A program made the position numbers and the translations under genes. From Candidatus Woesearchaeota archaeon (GTDB taxonomy: Archaea; Nanobdellota; Nanobdellia; Woesearchaeales; UBA9642), in assembly GCA_026002815.1 (NCBI GenBank), contig BPGB01000001.1, positions 54,490 to 118,489 of the forward strand: 64,000 nucleotides of DNA, written 5' to 3'. The notes beneath the pieces were generated by a model, which did not search any database, had not been told where the DNA came from, and saw only the letters and a list, made by a program, of their open reading frames with translations. Below are positions 1 through 8,413 of the stretch, one piece after another; the stretch's first letter is position 1; every line of letters begins with the position of its first letter.

Positions 1-6
1 AACACT

Positions 7-78
7 TGTTAATTATTTTTAACATATTCAAGAAAAATCTAAATATTTAAATATTAATGTTAATTATTTTTAACATAT
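7..78 (+). promoter_or_regulatory. Two perfect 21-bp direct repeats (TGTTAATTATTTTTAACATAT at 7-27 and 58-78) flanking a TATA-like AT box (41-55). Each repeat contains TGTTAA-N6-TTAACA. Candidate operator and promoter of the first MNT-HEPN-hsdR operon.
   Basis: Read directly from the sequence. The second copy overlaps the ATG at 77. Confidence 0.5.
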
Positions 79-589
79 GTTAGATATACTTAACAATTTA
101 AAGCCTTTTTTTGAAGATAATTACAGAAAGATAAATGTTCGCGAGTATGCCAGGATTCAAAAAATAAGCCCGCCGACAGCTTCAAAAATTCTTGAAAATA
201 TGCATAAAGAAGGATTACTAAAAAAAGAAAAAGACAAGTTATACATATATTATTATCCTAATAGGGGATGCGATTTATTTATTGAATTAACAAGGATTTA
301 TTGGAAAAATGTTCTTGAAAATTGTGGTCTATTAAAAGAGCTTGAAGAAACCTTCTTGAATCCAGTAGTTATTCTTTTCGGCTCTTTGTCAAAGGCAGAA
401 GCGAAAAAGGATTCTGATATTGATTTAGCGATTTTTGCACCGTCAAAAAAAGAATTTAACAGTGAGAAATATGAAAAATTGCTAAAAAGAAAGATTCAAC
501 TTTTCATTTTTAAGAATTTGGAAGATGTTAAAAGCAAAGAATTACTTAATAATATACTAAACGGATATAAACTTAAAGGAGATTGGTGA
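77..589 (+). CDS. wHTH-fused minimal nucleotidyltransferase (MNT-type antitoxin-like), 170 aa
   Basis: N-terminal HTH-like segment NVREYARIQKISPPTASKILENMHKEGLL. NTase motif FGSLSKAEAKKDSDIDLAIF (GS...DxD). The stop lies one nt before the ATG of the HEPN gene. Confidence 0.8.
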   Translation: MLDILNNLKPFFEDNYRKINVREYARIQKISPPTASKILENMHKEGLLKKEKDKLYIYYYPNRGCDLFIELTRIYWKNVLENCGLLKELEETFLNPVVILFGSLSKAEAKKDSDIDLAIFAPSKKEFNSEKYEKLLKRKIQLFIFKNLEDVKSKELLNNILNGYKLKGDW

Positions 590-590
590 A

Positions 591-992
591 ATGGATTGGA
601 GCGAATGTATAGAAGAAAAGATAGTAAAAGAAGCAAAAGCTGATAAAAATCTTGCTTTATCATTGAAAGAAATTGCGAAGATAAAAATTAAATCAGCAGA
701 TAGTTTATCAGAAGAATTTTTCATAAGTAAAATTTCTTTATTGTATGATGCATTAAGAGAAATTCTAGAAGCAATAGCTATTCAAAAAGGATTTAAAATT
801 TATAATCACGAGTGCTATGCCGCATTTCTTAAGGAAATACTAAAAATGCCAGATGAAGCAAATATTTTTGATAATTTAAGAAAAACGAGAAATGCAATAA
901 ACTATTATGGAAGAAAACTTGACAAAGAAGAAAGTTTAGAGATTATAAAAAAAATAAAACAATTAATAGAAAAATTAAAAGATTTAGCATGA
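591..992 (+). CDS. HEPN-domain protein (partner of MNT), 133 aa
   Basis: All-helical small protein directly after the MNT gene. LRKTRNAINYYG sits where the HEPN R-x4-6-H motif is expected, but ends in Tyr. Its stop overlaps the hsdR ATG (ATGA at 989-992). Confidence 0.7.
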   Translation: MDWSECIEEKIVKEAKADKNLALSLKEIAKIKIKSADSLSEEFFISKISLLYDALREILEAIAIQKGFKIYNHECYAAFLKEILKMPDEANIFDNLRKTRNAINYYGRKLDKEESLEIIKKIKQLIEKLKDLA

Positions 993-3900
993 AAAAAGCA
1001 ATTTCAGAATCAGAAGTTGAAGAAGCAGCACTTGATATTCTGCGAGAATTAGGCTGGACTATTCTTCATGGTCCTGACATTTCCGAAGGTGGAAGTAATG
1101 AAGAAAGAAAATATAGTGAAGTTGTTTTAGTGAATAGATTAAGAAATGCGCTTGAAAGAATCAATAAAGACATTCCAGAAGAAGCGATACAAGAAGCAAT
1201 AAAAAAAGTTCTCAGGACAGACAGCCAGAACCAAATCATCAACAACCAACAATTCCATAAAATGGTTGTTAATGGCGTTGATGTTGAATACAAAAAGAAT
1301 GGGGAAATAAAAAATGATAAAATCTGGCTTTTTGATTTTAAGAATATAAAAAATAATGAGTTTCTTGCAGTAAAACCAATTTACAATCATTGAAGAAAGA
1401 AAAAACAGAAGACCGGACATAATCTTATTTGTTAATGGTTTGCCATTAGTTTTAATAGAATTAAAGAATCCTGCTGATGAGAATGCAACAATCTGGTCAG
1501 CATTTAATCAGTTTGAAACATATAAACAGCAGATTCCATCAGTTTTCAGGTTTAATGAAATTCTTGTAATAAGTGACGGGTTAGAAGCAAGAGCCGGAAC
1601 CCTTACAAGCAATAAAGAAAGATTTACGCCATGGAAGACTATTGATGGAAAGAAGATGCCAAAAACTGCTCCTCAACTAGAAATTTTACTAAAGGGTATG
1701 TTAAATAAAGAGGTCTTAATGGATTTGATCAGGCATTTCATTGTTTTTGAAATAGATAAAGACAAGAGAGAAGGAAGTGTAAAAATAATAAAGAAAATAG
1801 CTGCATATCATCAATATAATGCAGTAAACAAAGCAGTGCAATCAACAATAAACGCTACAAAAAAAGATAAAAGAGCAGGAGTTGTCTGGCACACGCAAGG
1901 ATCTGGAAAAAGTTTAATAATGGTATTTTATACAGGAAAGTTGGTTTTACAGCCAGAACTGGAAAACCCGACAATAATTCTATTAACAGACAGGAATGAT
2001 TTAGATGATCAATTATTTGGAACTTTTAGCAGATGCCACGAACTGCTAAGGCAGGAGCCAAAACAAGCAGAATCAAGAGATGAAATAAAAGAATTGCTTA
2101 AAGTTTCATCCGGAGGAATAATATTTACAACAATACAAAAATTTTTGCCAGAAGAAAAAGGTAAAAAATATCCCCTTCTATCTGAAAGAAAAAATATTAT
2201 TGTCATAGCAGATGAAGCTCATAGAAGCCAATATGATTTTATTGACGGATTTGCAAAACATATACGGGATGCTCTCCCAAACGCCTCGTTTATTGGATTT
2301 ACAGGAACACCTATAGAAAAAGCAGACAGAAGTACGCCGGCAGTTTTTGGGAAATATGTTGATGTTTATGATGTTGAGCAGGCAGTAGAGGATGAAGTGA
2401 CTGTAAGGATTTTCTATGAAAGCAGATTAGCAAAACTAGAATTAAAACCAGAAGAAAGACCTAAAATAGATAAGGATTTTGAAGAAGTTACTGAAGGTGA
2501 AGAGACAGAACATAAAGAAAAACTAAAAAGCAAATGGGCAAGACTTGAAAAAATTGTAGGAAGCCCAAATAGAATCAAGAGAATAGCAAAAGATATAGTC
2601 AATCATTGGGAAGAAAGACTAAATGTTCTTGACGGAAAAGCAATGATTGTCTGCATGAGCAGGAGAATCTGCATAGATTTGCATAATGAAATCATCAAAT
2701 TAAAGCCAGAATGGTATAATAAAGATGATGATAAGGGAGTTTTAAAAGTGATAATGACCGGCTCTGCTTCTGATCCAGTTGACTGGCAGGAACATATAAG
2801 AACAAAAGACAGAAGAAAAGCCATTGGGGAAAGAATGAAGGATGCTTCTGACCCTCTAAAAATAGTTATTGTCAGGGATATGTGGCTTACCGGATTTGAT
2901 GTTCCGTCTTTACACACAATGTATATTGACAAGCCAATGAGAGGGCATGGTTTAATGCAAGCAATCGCCAGAGTAAACAGGGTTTTTAAAGATAAACCTG
3001 GTGGATTAATAGTAGATTATATTGGGATTGCTTATGAATTAAAGAAAGCACTATCTGAATATACTGCTGGAGATCGGAAAGAGACAGGAATACCACAAGA
3101 AGAAGCAGTTGCTCTTATGCAAGAAAAATACGAGATTGTGTGTGGTTTATTCCATAAATTCAATTATAAAAAATTCTTTACTGCAACAACCAAAGACAAG
3201 ATGAAAATAATTGCAGATGCTATAGAACATATTTTGAAGCAAGAAAAAGGAAAAGAAAGATTCTTAAAATATGTAAGTGAGCTGTCAAAAGCCTTCGCTC
3301 TTGCTGTTCCTCACGAAGAAGCTATCAAAATAAGAGATAATGTTGGATTTTTCCAGGTGGTAAGGTCAGCAATTGCTAAGAATACTTCAACAAAAATATC
3401 AGATAGAGAGGATTTAGAAACAGCAATAAAACAAATTATCTCAAAAGCAATAGTCTCGGATAGAGTTATAGATATTTTTGAAGCTGCAGGTCTAAAAAAG
3501 CCAGACATTTCAATTTTATCAGAAGAATTTTTGGAAGAAGTCAAAAACATGCCTCAAAAGAATCTTGCATTTGAAATGCTGAAAAAACTTCTCAATGATG
3601 AAATCAAAATACGTCACAAGAAAAATCTTGTTCAAGCAAGGTCGTTCGCAGAAATGTTGGATAAAGCGATTAAGGCATATACTAATAAGAATATTGAAAC
3701 CGCAGAGGTAATTGAGCAGTTGATTGAATTAGCAAAAAAGATGCAGAATGAAAATAAAAGAACCAAGGAGATGGGTCTAAGTGAAGATGAAGTCGCTTTT
3801 TATGATGCCCTAGCAGACCATGAAGGAGTTAAAGAAGTTATGGGAGATGAAAAATTAATGATTATAGCAAGAGAACTTGTTGAAAGTATACACAACTCTG

Positions 3901-4070
3901 TAACAATTGATTGGACTATGAGGGAGAATGTCCAAGCAGAGATGAGAGTTAAAGTCAAGAAAATTCTAAGAAAATATGGTTATCCTCCAGATAAACAGCA
4001 GAAAGCAGCGGACACAGTTTTAGAACAGGCAAAATTATTATGTAAAGATTGGGCAGAGGCACAATCTTAA
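989..4070 (+). pseudogene. hsdR: Type I restriction enzyme R subunit (HsdR), interrupted by a +1 frameshift in the A4 run at 1372-1375
   Basis: ORF 989-1393 is a typical HsdR N-terminus. The next frame is open from 1374 and reads [32 protein letters not shown] (PD-(D/E)xK core). SF2 motifs follow: [26 protein letters not shown]. The C-terminal region is HsdR-type ([12 protein letters not shown]). Confidence 0.85.
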
Positions 4071-4098
4071 GTTATTTTCTTATATTTAATTGTTTCGT

Positions 4099-4416
4099 CG
4101 CCACCTCCGTTATAGTTAAAATTGTCTCCTATCAGTTCGTGCCACTAAAATTTAATTGCATAGAACATCGCGATTAAGAGAAGTCGTGAGCGTAGCGAAA
4201 GATTTGGGTGAAGCGAGGTGCAACCGAGTGGAGTCGGCTAAGCCCTGTTATACGCGTTTTCTCGAACAGAAAACCGAGGTTTAGTGCAACTTCCCGAAGG
4301 GAAACCGAAGAGTTAAATTTTAGTGGCAATCGTTCAATAAAGTGAAAACAGTAAGACATCGAGAACATATATCAAGGAGACAATTTTAATCAGTCGTTTC
4401 GTTAGGGAGAGGGGCG
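4099..4416 (+). ncRNA. Candidate structured non-coding element A (about 318 nt, GC-enriched), immediately 3' of hsdR
   Basis: Three nested long-range complementarities. First, 4099-4107 pairs with 4409-4416 (8 bp plus a bulge). Second, 4116-4130 pairs with 4375-4389 (15 bp, perfect). Third, 4141-4155 pairs with 4313-4327 (15 bp, perfect). There is also an internal GAA-loop hairpin at 4291-4303. Strand assignment is tentative. Confidence 0.45.
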
Positions 4417-4444
4417 TGTTTTTGGTTCTTTTTTTGAAAAAGAA
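4417..4444 (+). terminator. Oligo-T tracts (T5 at 4419-4423, T7 at 4429-4435) plus hairpin TTCTTTTT-TTG-AAAAAGAA (4426-4444). Candidate archaeal termination signal after element A.
   Basis: Read directly. Archaeal intrinsic termination uses oligo-T runs. Confidence 0.35.
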
Positions 4445-4477
4445 GGCAGTTTGAAGGGGGGCGTCGTTTCAGTAATA

Positions 4478-4486
4478 TTTATAAAG
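4478..4486 (+). promoter_or_regulatory. TATA-like box TTTATAAAG about 30 nt upstream of the RHH ATG
   Basis: AT box at the expected distance for a short-leader or leaderless archaeal transcript. Confidence 0.35.
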
Positions 4487-4514
4487 CTGTGTAAATATTT
4501 ATTATTAGATTACT

Positions 4515-4661
4515 ATGGGAAGCAAGAACATAACTCTAAAAGTTGATGAAAAACTATACAATGCCTATAAGGAATACTGCAAAAAGAAAGGCTTAATTAT
4601 ATCAAGGCAGTTTGAGATTTTCGTTGAGCAACAACTTAAAAAAAGTGATAAAAATGGATAA
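4515..4661 (+). CDS. Small ribbon-helix-helix (CopG/Arc-like) protein, 48 aa. Absent from the ORF track because it is under 60 aa.
   Basis: Own translation: MGSKNITLKVDEKLYNAYKEYCKKKGLIISRQFEIFVEQQLKKSDKNG. The pattern is beta-strand (ITLKVD), helix, G, helix. The ORF overlaps the methyltransferase ATG (4654) by 8 nt. Confidence 0.6.
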   Translation: MGSKNITLKVDEKLYNAYKEYCKKKGLIISRQFEIFVEQQLKKSDKNG

Positions 4662-7600
4662 TGATTTAGAATTAAGAAAGGAGATACATGAAAATTTAAG
4701 AAAAATTAAGACAGCAAAGGATATTTTTAGCCTGCTTAAGAAATTAAACTATCCTGAAAATGTGGTTTTTGATATATCCTCAAAAAGAAAAAAATCTACT
4801 TTTGACTTCAAAAAAGAAGATGAACAAAGAATAAAAGAAATTTATTCTGTATTAAGTTTTGATGAAAAGCTTCATGTTTTTCTCTTGGAAGTCTCAACTT
4901 TAACACCCTCTTTTATAAGGTCTGTAACAAGCACATTTGATAAGCAATATCTTCATTTTTTATTGATATTTTCTTCTGACTATTCAGAAATTGTTTTTGT
5001 CTTTCCCAATCGTGAAAAAATCGAGGCTGGAAAACACAAACTGAAACTAACAAAACTAATAGTGAACAGGGATGAAATCCATTATACAGATATTCAAACA
5101 CTCTCAAATATATCTTACGAAGGGGAAGGTAATTGGAGGGACATCTGGAGAAAATGGAAAAAAGCATTCAGCGTTGAGAGAGTAACAGAGGATTTCTTTG
5201 AAGATTATAAAAACATCTTTTTTACATTAAGGAACGAGTTGAACAAGCAAAGTGTTCCTATAAAAGAATCTCACGAGTTTACCTTGCAATTTCTAAACAG
5301 GATAATGTTCATTTATTTCATTTCAAAAAAGAAGTGGCTGGAGCATCCCAGATTTATGGAATGGGTTTGGACTGCTTATAAGAAGCTGAATAAATATGGA
5401 TCTGATGAGTTTTACGAAAAATGGCTTAGACAGATTTTCTTTAAAGCGTTTAACAACCGCTCCAATGAATTGGCAGGATTGCCAGGAGATATTATAAAAG
5501 CAATATCAAATTCTCCTTATTTAAATGGAGGACTATTCAGAGAAAATGGATTGGATAACCTTAAAATCAAAATCAGCGATAAGATGTTTGAGAGAATCTT
5601 TGAGTTCTTTGAGAAATACAATTTTACAATAAAAGAAGACATGCCTCTTGAGCAAGAGGTTGCGGTTGATCCTCAAATGATTGGATATGTTTATGAATCT
5701 TTGGCTAATGTCGCTGAAGAGATTTATGATAGAAATGATTTAGGTATATTCTATACTCCTAGAGTTGAAGTGGATTTCATGTGTAGGCGTTCCTTGGTTG
5801 AGTATCTTTCAAAGCACCTACCAGAAGTTCCAAAAGAGAAATTTTATCATCTGATATTTGATTTGCCTGAAGAGAAGGAAAAAATAGAAAAATGGTTTAG
5901 TGAAAATAATTTATGTAGTAAATTAGAAGAAATTTTAGATGAACTATCTGTTGTTGATCCTGCTTGTGGCTCAGGTGCTTTTTTGGTTGGAATGCTAAAT
6001 GTTCTTGCAGAAGTTTATAGATCAATCAACAAACACTTGAATAGAAATTTAACGGATTTTCAATTGAAAAATAGGATTATCCAGTATTCGCTTTATGGAG
6101 TTGATGTAATGACTTGGGCAATACATGCTGCAGAGCTAAGACTATGGCTTCAATTAATTGTCGAAACTGAATTCAAAAAAGAAGAGTTAAGAAAACATCC
6201 TTTACTGCCAAACTTGAACCTTAATTTAAGGATTGGAGATTCATTAGTTCAAGAAATTGGCGGCATTAGTTTTAATTTAAAAACTAATAACTTGAAACCT
6301 CATTTGAAAAAGAAGCTTGAAGACCTGAAACAAGAGAAAAGAAAATACTTTGAAAATTCTCCAACAGCAAAATTCAAAACACCTGAAGAAGTCAAAGCAG
6401 AAGAGATAAGGCTTTTTGAAGAGATTATTGATGAAAGGATTGAGAGTTTAGAAACTGATATTGAAGTTTTAGAAAATTCTGAAAAGAAAAAAGAAAAACA
6501 AACAGGACTCTTTGGCTCAGAAATAAATATTGAAGCAAAAAACATAAAAAAAGAAAAAGAGGAGATTGAAAAAATTGAAAAGAAAATACAAGATAATAAG
6601 AAAGAAATTGAAAATTTAAAAAAAGTAAAAGAATTGCTTAAAGAACCAGATAAAAAACCATTTGTATGGGATATTGATTTTGCTGAAATATTTGCCGAGA
6701 AAAATGGTTTTGATATTGTTATAGGAAATCCGCCTTATGTCAGGCAGGAAATGATTTCCCCGCCAAATAAGTTAAAGTCAGAAGTTACACTTGAAGACAG
6801 AAGAGAGTATAAAGAAAAATTGATTAATTCTGTAAAAAAGGTTTTTCCTGTTGTAGAGAATATTGACAAGAAAAGCGATTACTACATTTATTTTTATTTT
6901 CATGGTTTAGGTTTATTGAATGAAAAAGGAACATTCTGCTTTATCACAAGCAATTCTTGGCTTGATGTTGGTTATGGAAAAGAGTTGCAGGAATTTCTAT
7001 GCAAGTATGTTCCAATTTTAGGAATTTATGACAATCCAAAAAGAAGTTTTGCACATGCAGATGTTAACACAATAATTGCTTTATTTGGTGCTCCAAAGTT
7101 TGCGGAAGAAAAAACAATTCATGGTTTTAAGATTTCAGGAAATGAAAATAACTGGCCAATGCTAAATCATACTGCAAAGTTTGTAATGTTCAAGAAGCCA
7201 TTTGAAGAAGTTGTTAATTCAAAAAATCTTATTGAAATTGAAAACATTAAAGTTGAAACAAAAGGCGAAGGTATTACAGAATTAGTGAAAAATGTTAAAA
7301 AAACAGATGATTACAGATGTTTTCCAATATTACAAGGTGATTTGTTAGAAGATGGCTGGGAATATCCTGAAAATTATCAAAAAGAAAAAGGCAGATTTAA
7401 AGCTGGTAGTTATGAAGGCAACAAATGGGGCGGTAAATTTTTAAGAGCACCAGATATTTTTTATACGATTTTGGAGAAGGGTAAAGGAAAACTTGTAAGA
7501 TTAGGAGATATTGCTGAAGTGCGTCGTGGCTTTACGACAGGAGCGAATGAGTTTTTTTATCTTCCCAGCAAGTATTTTGATATAAAAGAAGAAGAAAAAT

Positions 7601-8412
7601 ACTACAAACTAATTCCAAAAGAAGAAGGTTTGCCAAATGATATTAAAATAGAGAAAGAATTTTTGAAGCCTGTAATAAAAAGCCCCAGAGAATGTAAAAC
7701 AATTCTAATAAATCCAAATGATTTGAAATACAAAGTATTTATGTGCCATAAAACAAAAAATGAGTTGAAAGGAACAGGTGCGTTGAAATATATTGAATGG
7801 GGTGAGAACGTTAAAGTTGAAATAAAACAAGGTTCAGATGAAGGTAAAAAAATAAAAGGATTTCAAAACATTTCAACAGTAAAGAACAGAGAGCTGTGGT
7901 ACTCGCTCCAATCTAATTTTGGAGCTAATATTTTTATACAAATGTCATTTAATGACACATTCCCTTTTTATTATTCCCAGAAAAAAATGCTAGCTGATGC
8001 TCGTCTATATGAAATAAAGATTAAAGATTTTAATTCTGAGCAATTAGCCTTATCTCTGAACTCTACATTATCAGTTATATTTATGGAACTTTTCGGAAGA
8101 TCTAATCTAGGTGAGGGAGCATTAGATTTCAAAGTTTATGAGGCTAAAAAAATATTATTTATAATAAAAAATATAAGAAATAATAAAATTTTACGCAGAA
8201 AGCCAAATCCAATCTTCACCGAACTCGGCTTCGATCCAAGTAAACCAATCCGTGAGCAAGAGCCAAAACCCTTGCCTGATAGAGCTGAGCTTGACAAAAT
8301 TATTTTTGATGAGCTTGGTTTAAGTGAGGAGGAAAAAAAAGAGGTTTATTGGGCTGTTGCTGAGTTGGTTAAGCAAAGGATTGATAAAGCCAAAAGTGTT
8401 AAAAGAGATTAA
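4654..8412 (+). CDS. Large gamma-class N6-adenine DNA methyltransferase of the Eco57I/type IIG/PglX-like family with its own specificity domain, 1252 aa from ATG 4654
   Basis: Motif I is VVDPACGSGAFLVG and motif IV is VIGNPPYV. Family-typical blocks are AFSVERVTEDFFEDY and FLNRIMFIYFISKKKWL. A K/E-rich coiled-coil linker is present. C-terminal VRRGFTTGANEFFYL resembles a TaqI-like specificity domain. The track start at 4612 is a TTG; ATG 4654 is preferred. Confidence 0.8.
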   Translation: MDNDLELRKEIHENLRKIKTAKDIFSLLKKLNYPENVVFDISSKRKKSTFDFKKEDEQRIKEIYSVLSFDEKLHVFLLEVSTLTPSFIRSVTSTFDKQYLHFLLIFSSDYSEIVFVFPNREKIEAGKHKLKLTKLIVNRDEIHYTDIQTLSNISYEGEGNWRDIWRKWKKAFSVERVTEDFFEDYKNIFFTLRNELNKQSVPIKESHEFTLQFLNRIMFIYFISKKKWLEHPRFMEWVWTAYKKLNKYGSDEFYEKWLRQIFFKAFNNRSNELAGLPGDIIKAISNSPYLNGGLFRENGLDNLKIKISDKMFERIFEFFEKYNFTIKEDMPLEQEVAVDPQMIGYVYESLANVAEEIYDRNDLGIFYTPRVEVDFMCRRSLVEYLSKHLPEVPKEKFYHLIFDLPEEKEKIEKWFSENNLCSKLEEILDELSVVDPACGSGAFLVGMLNVLAEVYRSINKHLNRNLTDFQLKNRIIQYSLYGVDVMTWAIHAAELRLWLQLIVETEFKKEELRKHPLLPNLNLNLRIGDSLVQEIGGISFNLKTNNLKPHLKKKLEDLKQEKRKYFENSPTAKFKTPEEVKAEEIRLFEEIIDERIESLETDIEVLENSEKKKEKQTGLFGSEINIEAKNIKKEKEEIEKIEKKIQDNKKEIENLKKVKELLKEPDKKPFVWDIDFAEIFAEKNGFDIVIGNPPYVRQEMISPPNKLKSEVTLEDRREYKEKLINSVKKVFPVVENIDKKSDYYIYFYFHGLGLLNEKGTFCFITSNSWLDVGYGKELQEFLCKYVPILGIYDNPKRSFAHADVNTIIALFGAPKFAEEKTIHGFKISGNENNWPMLNHTAKFVMFKKPFEEVVNSKNLIEIENIKVETKGEGITELVKNVKKTDDYRCFPILQGDLLEDGWEYPENYQKEKGRFKAGSYEGNKWGGKFLRAPDIFYTILEKGKGKLVRLGDIAEVRRGFTTGANEFFYLPSKYFDIKEEEKYYKLIPKEEGLPNDIKIEKEFLKPVIKSPRECKTILINPNDLKYKVFMCHKTKNELKGTGALKYIEWGENVKVEIKQGSDEGKKIKGFQNISTVKNRELWYSLQSNFGANIFIQMSFNDTFPFYYSQKKMLADARLYEIKIKDFNSEQLALSLNSTLSVIFMELFGRSNLGEGALDFKVYEAKKILFIIKNIRNNKILRRKPNPIFTELGFDPSKPIREQEPKPLPDRAELDKIIFDELGLSEEEKKEVYWAVAELVKQRIDKAKSVKRD

Positions 8413-8413
8413 A

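Noticed and set aside
1370-1379. Programmed +1 ribosomal frameshift or transcriptional slippage in hsdR
   Set aside because: An A4 run is too short for efficient transcriptional slippage. There is no obvious slippery or stall context. An indel, real or artefactual, is the simpler explanation.
4174-4368. 64-aa minus-strand ORF inside element A
   Set aside because: It lies entirely in the GC-rich self-complementary block. It has no start context or recognisable motif, and its sequence looks like a chance read-through of structured DNA. Element B has no equivalent ORF.
4116-4389. Element A as a MITE (15-bp perfect terminal inverted repeats, possible TA duplication)
   Set aside because: This is not fully excluded, but three points argue against it. 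The repeats are nested with a second perfect pair. The interior is GC-rich rather than AT-rich. A diverged collinear counterpart (element B) occupies the same position after the other translocase gene without those 15-mers. Only one copy of each 15-mer pair is visible in 64 kb.
4099-4416. Element A or B as SRP RNA, tRNA-like or rRNA fragment
   Set aside because: There is no helix-8-type GNRA loop with flanking conserved AGCA/GGAA motifs. There is no cloverleaf and no rRNA-like conserved stretch recognisable by eye.
4612-4653. Longer N-terminal extensions proposed by the ORF track (4612, 8324, 18371, 20374, 42722, 56222)
   Set aside because: The extensions at 4612, 18371, 42722 and 56222 start at TTG. 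I did not check the start codons at 8324 and 20374. All six run through the upstream gene or promoter-like AT-rich DNA. Downstream ATGs have better context, such as SD-like motifs or tight coupling to the preceding stop.
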